IMG/VR virus record: IMGVR_UViG_3300027687_000007
Source: an uncultured virus (IMG/VR IMGVR_UViG_3300027687_000007)
Taxonomy: Duplodnaviria; Heunggongvirae; Uroviricota; Caudoviricetes; Crassvirales
Reading direction: 5' to 3' (one strand)
Length of the DNA: 64,000 nt
The position numbers and the translations under genes were made by a program. The notes under the pieces were generated by a model, which was not told the origin of the DNA, did no database searches, and saw nothing but the letters and a program-made list of their open reading frames with translations. The first letter of the stretch is position 1; every line of letters starts with the position of its first letter. Below, in pieces: positions 19,997 to 30,216 of this stretch.

Positions 19997-21904
19997 TTAA
20001 TATCCATTATTTATTATGTAAGAACTTTCTACTGAAAACAATTGTTTATTTCCACCTGGATCTGTTGTTGTATCTGTAGAAAATTGTGCTATAGAATAGA
20101 AACCTTTTACGCCACTTATTGATTCACCCCAAATAACCTCACTATCGTTTGCTGTACTAAAGTTTCTTAAGTTTCCAACGTATTTATTTTCTTTTCTATT
20201 AAAACCAGCGTGACTCACTGGGTATGGTGGATTACCTGTTCCAAATACGGTTTCGTAATCAACTCTATTTACAATGCTAACAAATGTTAAAATAGAATTA
20301 ATAACAAAATTAGCTGAAGCACTAACGGTTAATATTCCTATATTTACAAAATTAACAAAAGAAGATTGATTAATAGCTAAAGTATTACTAGCGACTAAAA
20401 CTCCTGTTCCAGAATCATAAGATACGACCGTGGTTCCAGCAACGATGCCATCACCTGATATTGTAGTTCCCACAGGAATATCTACACTAACACCTGTCAA
20501 TGTAACTGAAGTACCAGCACTGTCTGAAGAAGCTTGACCTTGTATTCCAGCGTAAGAAACAACTGTAACACCCAAACCAACACCAATTCCAGATACTATA
20601 GCTCCATCTATAACAGGTATGGTGTTTGCTATAACAACGCTTGTTCCAACCACTGTCTGTGTAACTGTTCCTGTTGAGCTAGTTTCTATATACTCACCTT
20701 CGTAATAACTATAAAGAGAAGGATAAGTGGTACTAGGCGTTACCTGCATAGTGCTATCTTCACTTGACGCCCAATTAACTTTTGGTTGAGTATCTAAACC
20801 AGTGGGATCAGATACTAAAGACGTTAAAGACCAACCGTTGTTTCCTTCGTAACTAACAGTGTTAAATGTTTTTGAATTAGCAGGAGCTGCATTGAAAACC
20901 ACTGTTACACTACTAGGTCTATCAACGCTATAAAAATTACCTCTTTTAGCTGATGGAAAATTTATAGTTTCAGCATAGTGCTCCCAAACACCACCGTCTT
21001 TTATAGTATAAAAATTATTTTTAAGACTAAATATTTGTTCTGGATTAAAAGTAAAAAAACTTACCCAACCTCTTGCTTGCTCGTCAAAAGATAAAGTACC
21101 AGGTACTTCTGTTGAAGTTGTGCTGCGAATTGGGTTTAATTGAGATGAAACAACATATTGATTATTATGTAAGTCATAACCACCTAAAATAATACCTTCA
21201 CCTTGAACAGTGTCTATATCATTTATTCTATCTCTAAAGTAATCTCTCATGCCATATCTTGATATTTCTTCAATACCATTTTGACTTAACCTTAGTATAG
21301 CGTTATTATTTTTATCAGAAAAATATTTACTATATCCATATATAGCAAAACTTTCAGGGTTTTTACTTATACCATATTCACCAGAATAAGGTTGTATAAC
21401 ACCTATGACTAAATTACTAGAAGTTACGGATCCACCACCTTCGGCTGAGTATATAGCGTCTTTATCTATTAATGCTCTAGATACTTTATTTTCTTGAAAA
21501 ATAATTAAATTAGTATCTTCAGCGTATAGTTTTTGTATAGAAGCATTTGCTGGATCTGCTGTTTTAGTTATGTCTTCTCCAACTGAAAAAACGTTTGTTT
21601 GATTTATACCTGTTCTAGAATTAAATATTCCAGAATATATAAGAGAACTTTTTCTATAAGAACCAAGTCTTTCATCTTCTACTATATAAGCTTTAACACC
21701 AAAATCAACAGTAGTATTATTATACCCTCCTCTTATTCTAGACTCTTCTATAGCCCAATTATAAGGAGAACTAGACACTACTCTAGAGTAACCACCTAGT
21801 TCAGATGGTATACCATAAGACCCGTTCCATACTGGTACGTTATCTTCTGTTGTCTTTTTTAATATAAAAGTGTTAAAATATTTAACCTCTACTACTGCTC
21901 CCAT
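19997..21904 (-). CDS. tail muzzle/stabilisation protein, C-terminal-type part
   Basis: EESRIRGGYN, YSGIFNSRTGIN, EYGISKNPESFA, GWVSF, RKENKY motifs of crAss-like tail proteins. Confidence 0.7.
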   Translation of the reverse strand: MGAVVEVKYFNTFILKKTTEDNVPVWNGSYGIPSELGGYSRVVSSSPYNWAIEESRIRGGYNNTTVDFGVKAYIVEDERLGSYRKSSLIYSGIFNSRTGINQTNVFSVGEDITKTADPANASIQKLYAEDTNLIIFQENKVSRALIDKDAIYSAEGGGSVTSSNLVIGVIQPYSGEYGISKNPESFAIYGYSKYFSDKNNNAILRLSQNGIEEISRYGMRDYFRDRINDIDTVQGEGIILGGYDLHNNQYVVSSQLNPIRSTTSTEVPGTLSFDEQARGWVSFFTFNPEQIFSLKNNFYTIKDGGVWEHYAETINFPSAKRGNFYSVDRPSSVTVVFNAAPANSKTFNTVSYEGNNGWSLTSLVSDPTGLDTQPKVNWASSEDSTMQVTPSTTYPSLYSYYEGEYIETSSTGTVTQTVVGTSVVIANTIPVIDGAIVSGIGVGLGVTVVSYAGIQGQASSDSAGTSVTLTGVSVDIPVGTTISGDGIVAGTTVVSYDSGTGVLVASNTLAINQSSFVNFVNIGILTVSASANFVINSILTFVSIVNRVDYETVFGTGNPPYPVSHAGFNRKENKYVGNLRNFSTANDSEVIWGESISGVKGFYSIAQFSTDTTTDPGGNKQLFSVESSYIINNGY

Positions 21905-21910
21905 AATTAA

Positions 21911-21925
21911 TTATTACTTATTTTT
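21911..21925 (-). promoter_or_regulatory. putative late promoter motif
   Basis: AAAAATAAGTAATAA; same motif in three other late intergenic gaps. Confidence 0.45.
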
Positions 21926-21941
21926 ATGTTAAATTACTTTA

Positions 21942-24900
21942 TTACGTAGGTTCGTTTATTGAAAAAACGTAATTAGAAGGCGCAGGATTTATAGGAGTTG
22001 CTGTTCCGCTTCCTGCTGTTTGAGTCCAACTCCATGCTGAAGCACCACTATACACTAAGCAATTACCTATGCAATCTCCAGTAGCTAGCCCTGTTAATAG
22101 TCCTGGTAAAACAAACGTGTTGCCTATAGTTCCAATAGCTACATCTTGAATATTTGTAAAAGGACCTGACCAAGCGCCTGTACAATATTGATCATAAGCA
22201 TTACCACTTAGACCTAGTAACTGAGACCTACTTTGTCCCTGAGCGTTAAGACCATTTGTAGGTACAATGCTTATATTAGAACCTCCACCTTGTGAAGCTA
22301 GCATATTATCCCAGTTAGGAAAATCTCCAGAATTTTGTGATCCACCTTGCCACACGTACCATCCAGTTTGACCATTGCCAAAAGGATACGCATAACCGTT
22401 TTCAGGACATAAAAACACTAAAGTGAATTTAGCCTCAAAAGGATCTATAGGTATGTTAGCGTTGCAGCTTCTAGTAAACCCTGTTAACTTCCACTGTTGT
22501 ATTAAACAAACTTTAGCTCCAGTGTTTATTATAGCAGAACAAGAAACAGAAGCACCTGGATCTCCTAAAGTCATGTTTACAGTGTATATATCAGAAGGCA
22601 TACTAGAATCTTCATAACCTTTGTTTAATAATGTTATTTCTCCTTTAGCAGCAAGTCCAGTACCGTTTTTAGTAGCAACACCGCTGTTTCCAAACTCAAA
22701 ATAATCAACTAATTCATTTTGAGAATTAAATTGATCACCCATCGTAAAGGTTAAATCTTTCCAAGCATTTGCATTACCTTGAGGCGCTAAGTCTGTAATA
22801 TCAAATCCAGCTCCGTTAACTCCGTATATAGTAGCTATTATTTCAGTGGTTGTATTACCTGGATAATATGGACCCATAGGGCAATTATCCCAAACCGGAT
22901 CTTCGTATACAGATATACTGTCTCCATCGCTAACAGCTACTTGTTGATTAACCTCTAACGTTGGAGTTGGTCTCCATTGTATTTTAGCATTTGCAGGTAA
23001 CGTAACCGCTTGACTAACTACGATACTTCCAGGAGTACCACTGCTTATAGATACTATATAAGTGCCTTCCGGAACAGTTCCAACAGAGTCTACATCACGT
23101 ATTAAATAACCTACAGTACTACCTAGCGGGGTAAAGGTTAAAGGAATTGTTGTTGCGTTGCTTACGCCGGTTGTTTGTGGTTGTATAAACTCAGGTGCCC
23201 AAGGTACATCATTAGGTGTATAACCATTTCCGCTTACAACTAAGTTAGCTGGATATCCAGGCCCATCAACATTGTCTCCAATATCTATATCATCTACGTT
23301 ACCTACAACGTTATAAACGTTTATAATATTAGAAGGTGTAGGAAATCCTAAGGCATTCATTGTTACTGGTTGATAATAATAAAAATGAGGAGAAACGTTT
23401 TCTAAGTTTAGTTCTTTTTCAAAAGAAGACGTTAAACCATTTACAGTAGCTGAAAACAAGCATGTGAAACTAAATCTTTCTGGTTCAGTTCCAAACCATA
23501 TATGATTAACAAAACCAGTACTTATTTTTAAATTATATAAATTACTACCAGATCCTGTTTCTTCAAAGCTAAATACTGGTTGAATTACATTGTTGTCATC
23601 TGTATAAGCGGTTTGTACATTTGTTCCAAAACCATCTGTTATTGAATCTAAAGTTAACGGCGAAGCTATAACAGTACCAAAGTTAGTTACTAGTCCAAAA
23701 GGAGTAGTTGTTATGTTTGGCCATTCACTAGTCACAGGGTCTTGTCTTAAGCTTTCTAAAAAATTATTTAAATTAAAAGGAGAAACTCCTCCAGCTGCTT
23801 CGCCACCGGTGTTTTCGTTTAGTATAATATTATTTACGTCTTCTATAACACCTGTTGTAGATGATTCCCAAAATATATCTAATAAACTGTTTACTGGTTC
23901 TGTTTCATAAACCGCTAGATATTGTATACCTGGCTTTGTTTCGCTTGTTATATCTATTCTATCACCTGCGTTTACGGCTACTTGTTCATTTATAATTAAA
24001 GTACCAGGTGTTGTAAAGTCAATAGATTCACCAGAAGAAACTGGAGATATATTATTAAGTATAACGTTTGGTTCGCCTGCTACTGAAGGATTAATTATTT
24101 CTAAAACAACAGTACCTTCTGGTACACCTGCTCCAGAAACTATTTGGCCAACAGACATCAAGCCGGTTCCAGCAAAAAACAAACCAGCTACATTACTAGA
24201 TTCTGATGTGTTTACTGTTACCGCAAGAGTTGGCGGATTATAACCAGCTCCTGAAACAACAACTGTGTCTGGAAAATTTGGACCAGTAACTGTCATGCCT
24301 ACTTCAATGGAACCAACAGCACCTACTTCACCGTATAACTGTAAAGTATTAGTAGTGTTGCTTACTGCTATAAAAGCGCTAACAGACGTATAATTAATAT
24401 TAGCTAATTGACCTATTTTTGAAGCTGTGCTAATTCTAGCTACATAAGGATTTGATTCTAGCGTATAAAATTGCGGAAAAAGATTTGGCTCAGGTGGAGT
24501 TAATGGATCGTAATCAAACAAATCATTTACCGTAGAAATAGTTATAGCTATATCGTTTGATCTACCAGGATAATATTGTAAATTACTTTGACCCACGTTA
24601 TCATTCGCTGTTGTTATAGATATAACAGAGTTTTCAACCCTACCGTATAATTTTACGGAACTTCTAAACTGATTTTGTGTTGGACCCACTTCAGTTAAAT
24701 CTCTAGGTACTTTATTAATGTTATCACTTATTAATACTATATGAGAAGTAACTCCAACCTCTAAGGTTATGTCATTAGGATAAGAAGCCATTATACCAGG
24801 CAGGTAGACATTATAGTACTCTTGCTCTGTTTGTTTTACTACAATTTTGTAAGAATACCAACCTAAAGGATTATAAGATAAACTCGTAGCGTCACCATTA

Positions 24901-27227
24901 TAAACACCAGGTTCGAAAGTTTCAAAATTTCTAACAGTAGCTATTTCATTGTTAAAAATTAATTTTATAGAATCTCCAGGCCAAGTGTCTGGATCAACAT
25001 TAATGTCATTGTATGGTGAATATATAGTAGAACCTTTAAAAGTGTTACTACCTATTGTTATTAACTCCTTATTATTTGAAAGTATAACACCAGATTGTCT
25101 TCCGTACCTATCCGAAAGCACAACACCAACTTGGTAATTTCTGTTTGTTTTTACGCTTGAGTTTGGGTATTCTATTTTGCTAGTACTGTTTTGAGTATCA
25201 CCTCCTGGTTCTAAAATAACTAATTGTAAGTTTACTAGTATTCCTATAGTAGGAGTGTCTAATGTTATAGTGTTTCCATTTATGTTAGTTATTAAAGTAC
25301 CAATAGCTACTCCATCAGAAACAACCACCATGCCTACAAAAATATCTCCTTTTGGGTTAGTTATATTTATAACTGTAGATCCAATTGGAAAACTACCACT
25401 TACCGCAGCTGTTCCTCCGTTTAAATCAAAGTCTGACTTAGGTGATATAGCTACGTTATAGTCTATGTATTCAGGTGCAGTATGTTTGTTTTGATAGTTT
25501 CCATATATAACTCTATTACCTGAAATTTCTTGAGCTAGAGCTCTAACAGGTGTTTTGTCGTAAACTCTTATTAAATCTTTTTCCGGTAAAGTTTTAAACG
25601 GTTTTTTAGATTGGTAATTGTAAACGTGGTAATTAGGTTCCCCTATTGTTAGTTTAACGCCAGCTATTAAAGTTTGTACCGAGCTAAGTTCAATCCTACC
25701 TGAAGTGCTAGGTAAGACACTTGGATTGTCTGGCGTGTAACTTACCACTGTCACGTTTGTTGTAATTCCAAAACCAGTCACATAACTACCAACTTGTATT
25801 CCACCCAGTATGCCATCAACATTTACGTTAACACTCGCGCTTGTTGTTGTTTTTACATTTGCTATACCAGAAGAATTATATAGAGTTGTAGAATCTACAG
25901 TGTCCACAACCTTAATAGGTAGTTGATCTGATTCTTTGTAAAGTATATCTATAGCAGTAACCTTTAAAGAGTTTAGCATGCTATAATTAGCGTATGGAAG
26001 TGGTATTCTTAACTTGATGTCGTCTACTTTGTTCTCAACAAAACTAACTATAGTACTTCTTAATGTCTCAGATTCATTGTTTACTTCTTTTAAATTAGGA
26101 GTATTAACGTACATAAAATAACCATCTTGCTTAGGTATAAAAGCAGCTTGAGTAAAGGTAGAAAATAAAGAATATTGACTGTCTTCAAATTTAAATCTAT
26201 ATCCAAATCTAACAAACTTATCATCTAAATAAGTTGGATCACCTGCAAATTCAGGATTATAATAAGGATTCACATTAAGTATTATAACAGTATTGCTAGG
26301 TAAGTTTTCGGTAAACGTTAGACCACTAGCAAAAGTTAACTCCCAAGTAGGTGTAGCTCCTGTATCATCATATGTTGCTGTTTCTACCAATAGACTAGGT
26401 ATAGTTTGAACTACACCAAGAGCATCAACGTATGAAACACTAGAGCCAGTGTTATACGGATTTTGTATGTTTCCGTCTAAAAGTATGTCTCCAATAAAGT
26501 TTTTTACAAATATACTTGTGGCGCCAGTTGTTACAGACGCGTTCAAAGATCCATTACCACCGTTGGGTAAATTTTTACTTGTAACATCCTTCATGGTTGT
26601 TTCGTATTGAGGAGTTGCTGAAGTTGTTAATTTGCTTTCAGCATAAAGCTCTATACATTTGTAGGGATTATATTTTGCAACAGATATTTGATCTTCGTTA
26701 GTGTAATGCGTAGGTGTTGCGAGTCTATTTGGATTTGCTAAACTAATATTTATGCACCTAGGTTGGTTTCTATTATCTGTCCAAAACAATAAGTTTTCAA
26801 CTATGCTTAAACCATGCACTGGACGTGTTTGAGAAAAATTAAGAAAACCACCTTGAACCAATATAGTCAATGGATTTCCGGTTGTGTCTTGTGAATTAAA
26901 AGCAAGTATATAGTTTTTAGCCGAAGGACTGTAGCTGTTAGGTTTTTGACCTTGAACATCACTCCAGTTTGTAAAAAACAAATAAGCAATACCAGAAGCT
27001 TCATCTTCAATAGAACCAATACAATAAAGATTAGCGGATCCAGTTAAAACTTGAGCATCTGCAACCTTAGAATTTCCTAAAACATTTTCTAAAGAACCAA
27101 CATTAGCTCCTTCTGATTTGTTTACCTGCACGTTTATAGCATCCCTGTATTCGTTATTAGGAAGTATGCGAGCGTCCAAGTCTTTATTCATCTTGGACTT
27201 TAAGAAAGTATTTTTAGACTTGTTCAT
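21942..27227 (-). CDS. tail muzzle/stabilisation protein, N-terminal-type part with inserted beta modules
   Basis: KMNKDLDARILP..EYRDAINV, LFWTDNRNQPRCIN, FVRFGYRFKF, GNRVIYGNY, LSDRYGRQS. Confidence 0.7.
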   Translation of the reverse strand: MNKSKNTFLKSKMNKDLDARILPNNEYRDAINVQVNKSEGANVGSLENVLGNSKVADAQVLTGSANLYCIGSIEDEASGIAYLFFTNWSDVQGQKPNSYSPSAKNYILAFNSQDTTGNPLTILVQGGFLNFSQTRPVHGLSIVENLLFWTDNRNQPRCINISLANPNRLATPTHYTNEDQISVAKYNPYKCIELYAESKLTTSATPQYETTMKDVTSKNLPNGGNGSLNASVTTGATSIFVKNFIGDILLDGNIQNPYNTGSSVSYVDALGVVQTIPSLLVETATYDDTGATPTWELTFASGLTFTENLPSNTVIILNVNPYYNPEFAGDPTYLDDKFVRFGYRFKFEDSQYSLFSTFTQAAFIPKQDGYFMYVNTPNLKEVNNESETLRSTIVSFVENKVDDIKLRIPLPYANYSMLNSLKVTAIDILYKESDQLPIKVVDTVDSTTLYNSSGIANVKTTTSASVNVNVDGILGGIQVGSYVTGFGITTNVTVVSYTPDNPSVLPSTSGRIELSSVQTLIAGVKLTIGEPNYHVYNYQSKKPFKTLPEKDLIRVYDKTPVRALAQEISGNRVIYGNYQNKHTAPEYIDYNVAISPKSDFDLNGGTAAVSGSFPIGSTVINITNPKGDIFVGMVVVSDGVAIGTLITNINGNTITLDTPTIGILVNLQLVILEPGGDTQNSTSKIEYPNSSVKTNRNYQVGVVLSDRYGRQSGVILSNNKELITIGSNTFKGSTIYSPYNDINVDPDTWPGDSIKLIFNNEIATVRNFETFEPGVYNGDATSLSYNPLGWYSYKIVVKQTEQEYYNVYLPGIMASYPNDITLEVGVTSHIVLISDNINKVPRDLTEVGPTQNQFRSSVKLYGRVENSVISITTANDNVGQSNLQYYPGRSNDIAITISTVNDLFDYDPLTPPEPNLFPQFYTLESNPYVARISTASKIGQLANINYTSVSAFIAVSNTTNTLQLYGEVGAVGSIEVGMTVTGPNFPDTVVVSGAGYNPPTLAVTVNTSESSNVAGLFFAGTGLMSVGQIVSGAGVPEGTVVLEIINPSVAGEPNVILNNISPVSSGESIDFTTPGTLIINEQVAVNAGDRIDITSETKPGIQYLAVYETEPVNSLLDIFWESSTTGVIEDVNNIILNENTGGEAAGGVSPFNLNNFLESLRQDPVTSEWPNITTTPFGLVTNFGTVIASPLTLDSITDGFGTNVQTAYTDDNNVIQPVFSFEETGSGSNLYNLKISTGFVNHIWFGTEPERFSFTCLFSATVNGLTSSFEKELNLENVSPHFYYYQPVTMNALGFPTPSNIINVYNVVGNVDDIDIGDNVDGPGYPANLVVSGNGYTPNDVPWAPEFIQPQTTGVSNATTIPLTFTPLGSTVGYLIRDVDSVGTVPEGTYIVSISSGTPGSIVVSQAVTLPANAKIQWRPTPTLEVNQQVAVSDGDSISVYEDPVWDNCPMGPYYPGNTTTEIIATIYGVNGAGFDITDLAPQGNANAWKDLTFTMGDQFNSQNELVDYFEFGNSGVATKNGTGLAAKGEITLLNKGYEDSSMPSDIYTVNMTLGDPGASVSCSAIINTGAKVCLIQQWKLTGFTRSCNANIPIDPFEAKFTLVFLCPENGYAYPFGNGQTGWYVWQGGSQNSGDFPNWDNMLASQGGGSNISIVPTNGLNAQGQSRSQLLGLSGNAYDQYCTGAWSGPFTNIQDVAIGTIGNTFVLPGLLTGLATGDCIGNCLVYSGASAWSWTQTAGSGTATPINPAPSNYVFSINEPT

Positions 27228-27233
27228 TTGATT

Positions 27234-28469
27234 TTAGTGTTTTATCCATTTAGATTTACCTCTCATAACTTGAGTGATCTCTTCTATTTTTATATTAGAT
27301 AATCTTATTTTAGCATTTCTTAAAGCAGCGTATCTTTCTTTTTTAAATCTCTGAACTACGTACTCTTGTTGTCCAGCTCTGTTAGCTATTAAATTGTAAG
27401 ATATGCTTTTGTACATAGCATCTTCTGCTAACTTAGGAACTTTAGTATCTAAATCATACGCTAATCCGTCTGAAATATATTCTAAAACTATTAGTCTACC
27501 TATTAAGTTACTAGAAAAAGTAAATTTACCTTCTCTTTCATCTATGCCAAACCAACCATTTGATTGAGAATATTGTGGATCAAGACCATATTGTCTTCCC
27601 CAACCAAGAGCACCGCTAGCGTTTCCAAAATATCCATCTCCATTAATAAAACCATCATTAAAAAACTGACCATTTATTAATCTATCGTTAGCTTGTCCCC
27701 ATCTTTCTTCTGTAATAGACGTGCCTTCTAAGTTTTCAGCCAAACTGTCTTGCACAGGTGAACCTACTTTATCTTGTAAAAAAGTATTGTAAGGGTTTAT
27801 AGTTAAATTATTTGCTGGGTATATAATTCTTTTAACACCTAGCTGATCTATATAAGACATTCTAACATAGTTAACGTAATCTTGAGGCATTGCCAAAGAC
27901 AGTGATTCAGGTATTGTTAATTCACTAGAGTGTATACTTTTTAAAGTATCATAGCTAAATTCTTGCAATGATCTTTTAGCAAAGAATAACACGTCGGATT
28001 TTTTAGCTGTTTGAATTATTTTACCATCACCAACGTAACCAACCATGTAATTGTCTATAACATCACCTAGTCTTATGTAAGAGTATTCGCCGTAGTTATT
28101 TTCAACAACTTGTCCAAATGCTTTTTCTATATCTGTGCTACCATACTGACCACCGGTAAGTGACTTTAGTTGCACAACAACATAAACACTAGCTCCTGGA
28201 GCAGCCACAAGCTCTATAGTATTACCAACAACTTTCATATCAGTAATCCACTCACTCCATGTTCCAGCTAGTCCACTAGCGCTAATATATAATTTAAAAT
28301 TATTTGTTACATAATTTACATCTGAAGGATCCCAACTATTGATTGATCCTAGTATTAAGTCCGTATCAAAAGTTGTTATAAAAGTTTGATTAGGATCATT
28401 TGCTACATTGCCTCTAAAATTTTGAGAACCTGCGTAATATTGTTGATTTGTTTCTGTTATTAATCCCAT
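27234..28469 (-). CDS. tail ring/tubular protein
   Basis: PQDYVNYVRMSY, LEYISDG, RNAKIRLS motifs; position. Confidence 0.65.
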   Translation of the reverse strand: MGLITETNQQYYAGSQNFRGNVANDPNQTFITTFDTDLILGSINSWDPSDVNYVTNNFKLYISASGLAGTWSEWITDMKVVGNTIELVAAPGASVYVVVQLKSLTGGQYGSTDIEKAFGQVVENNYGEYSYIRLGDVIDNYMVGYVGDGKIIQTAKKSDVLFFAKRSLQEFSYDTLKSIHSSELTIPESLSLAMPQDYVNYVRMSYIDQLGVKRIIYPANNLTINPYNTFLQDKVGSPVQDSLAENLEGTSITEERWGQANDRLINGQFFNDGFINGDGYFGNASGALGWGRQYGLDPQYSQSNGWFGIDEREGKFTFSSNLIGRLIVLEYISDGLAYDLDTKVPKLAEDAMYKSISYNLIANRAGQQEYVVQRFKKERYAALRNAKIRLSNIKIEEITQVMRGKSKWIKH

Positions 28470-28472
28470 TTT

Positions 28473-29246
28473 TTAAGCTTTTTCATTATTTGAAGCTTTT
28501 TGAGCTTCTTGTTCAGCAACTTGAATTATAGTGGGATCGTTTATTATTATACCACAATATTTTAAAATATTTATTACTAAATTATTTTTCTCTGATACAT
28601 CTAATTCAAAATCTACACTAGTAGAAGCTGTTCCTCCAACTGGATTAAATAAGTATTGACCAAGATTACCAATAGTAAAATCCCATCTTGGAGTAGAGGG
28701 TTTAAATAAACAATTTATTGTTAATACGTTTGGAGTAGGAGATACTTTTACTAACAACTGACTAGTTACGCTTGGAGATATTACAGCGTTTGTTGTGAAG
28801 CAAATTGGATAACGATTAGTGGGAGTGGTTAGTTTAGATCTAGTTATTTCTGAATAATCACTTTTACTGGCTAATTCTGTTATAGAATTGTATATTGGAT
28901 TAGTAGTGCTATAAGTAGATATTATTTGACCTAGTTTAAACACTTCACCAGGACCTGTGTACACAAATCCATCATTAGTAGTGTCGTAAGAAAACACTGC
29001 GTCTTTTTCAAAAGGATATAACTTATAAGCAATGTCTTTAAACATGTTAAAGAACTCTGTATCGTTTTGAGTATTTCTTTGATTTTGACGGTTTACTTGA
29101 TTTCCGTCTGGAAAATAAGATATAAATATTTCATCTTGAACTTGAGTTGCTAAGCTAGCAAATTCTGATGGAGTTACGTAACCTCTTTGTTCTTTGTTTA
29201 TTATATACAAGACTGTTTGATATACTGTATTTACACTTACTGCCAT
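28473..29246 (-). CDS. tail ring/adaptor protein
   Basis: INKEQRGYVTPSEF, PRW, VDFEL..ILKYCGI motifs; position. Confidence 0.65.
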   Translation of the reverse strand: MAVSVNTVYQTVLYIINKEQRGYVTPSEFASLATQVQDEIFISYFPDGNQVNRQNQRNTQNDTEFFNMFKDIAYKLYPFEKDAVFSYDTTNDGFVYTGPGEVFKLGQIISTYSTTNPIYNSITELASKSDYSEITRSKLTTPTNRYPICFTTNAVISPSVTSQLLVKVSPTPNVLTINCLFKPSTPRWDFTIGNLGQYLFNPVGGTASTSVDFELDVSEKNNLVINILKYCGIIINDPTIIQVAEQEAQKASNNEKA

Positions 29247-29267
29247 TTTTTTTTATTTTTAATATAC

Positions 29268-29290
29268 TAAAAAGGCGGCCGTAACCGCCC
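29268..29290 (-). terminator. intrinsic terminator or 5' hairpin
   Basis: GGCGG-ttacgg-CCGCC-TTTTT on the minus strand. Confidence 0.7.
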
Positions 29291-29295
29291 TATAT

Positions 29296-29312
29296 TAGTA
29301 TCACTTGTTTTT
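29296..29312 (-). promoter_or_regulatory. putative late promoter motif
   Basis: AAAAACAAGTGATACTA. Confidence 0.45.
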
Positions 29313-30132
29313 ATAGTTTTTTATCTATAGATCTATAAACTTCTACTCCTTCATCGGTTTTCAACCAAGCAGCAAATGCTGAATAAGGATTTTCATCAAA
29401 AGGAACATTCATTAATTTTCTACCGTTTGATCCCCATGTAAAAGATCTTTGATCAGAAGATAATTTTATTATTCCTAATTCACTAGCTCTAATTCCAACA
29501 TTTCTAAGTTGTACGTTTTCATCATTAGCTAAAGATAAAAATAAACTAGGATTATTTCTAGCAAATAATAGTAAATCTCTTCTAAGTTCTTTAGAACTCA
29601 TTTCATTTACTTTTGATCCTAATTCTACTCTTAAAATTGCTTCGGCGTGATCTACTTCCATACTAATAGCAGCATTTAACGCTGTAACCTGATGAGTTAA
29701 AATATCTAATTGATCAACAGCTTCTTCAACAGCGCTGTATTCTTGATATGCTTTATCTTTTAAAGGGTGGTATAAAGATAATAATTTTTGTAAATTTTGC
29801 TGAGATTTATCTACCTCAAGCATTCCTTTATCAAATCTGATATGACCCATAGTACATTCACCTTTTTGTTCATCTACAAGAGGCGAATCTTGATTTGTTG
29901 CATATCTTATTTCTCTCTGCTTACCAGACTCTTCGTCAAAATAAAGTAAAGCATGTTTTCTAGTATGCTTTCCTGGAATTGTATACGTCAAAGGTGTTTT
30001 AGTTCCTTTTAAATAATAAGTTCTATTTTTTATTTCCCAACTAGGTTTTGTTGGTTCTTTTGGTGCAGCTACTTTTGTAACTACTTCTTGAGTTGCAACC
30101 TCAACAGTTTCTGCTTTAGCTTGTTTAGCCAT
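29311..30132 (-). CDS. conserved head-module protein downstream of the capsid gene
   Basis: 273 aa, REIRYATNQ.S..VDEQ motif, position. Confidence 0.6.
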   Translation of the reverse strand: MAKQAKAETVEVATQEVVTKVAAPKEPTKPSWEIKNRTYYLKGTKTPLTYTIPGKHTRKHALLYFDEESGKQREIRYATNQDSPLVDEQKGECTMGHIRFDKGMLEVDKSQQNLQKLLSLYHPLKDKAYQEYSAVEEAVDQLDILTHQVTALNAAISMEVDHAEAILRVELGSKVNEMSSKELRRDLLLFARNNPSLFLSLANDENVQLRNVGIRASELGIIKLSSDQRSFTWGSNGRKLMNVPFDENPYSAFAAWLKTDEGVEVYRSIDKKL

Positions 30133-30159
30133 AATATAATATAATTAAATAGTTTATAA

Positions 30160-30200
30160 AAGTAATAATTACCCCCGTAAATACAACGAGGGTAAGAATT
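30160..30200 (-). terminator. hairpin/terminator after the major capsid gene
   Basis: TTACCCcCGT...ACGaGGGTAA stem followed by a T-rich run on the minus strand. Confidence 0.55.
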
Positions 30201-30216
30201 ACATTATTGTTGATTA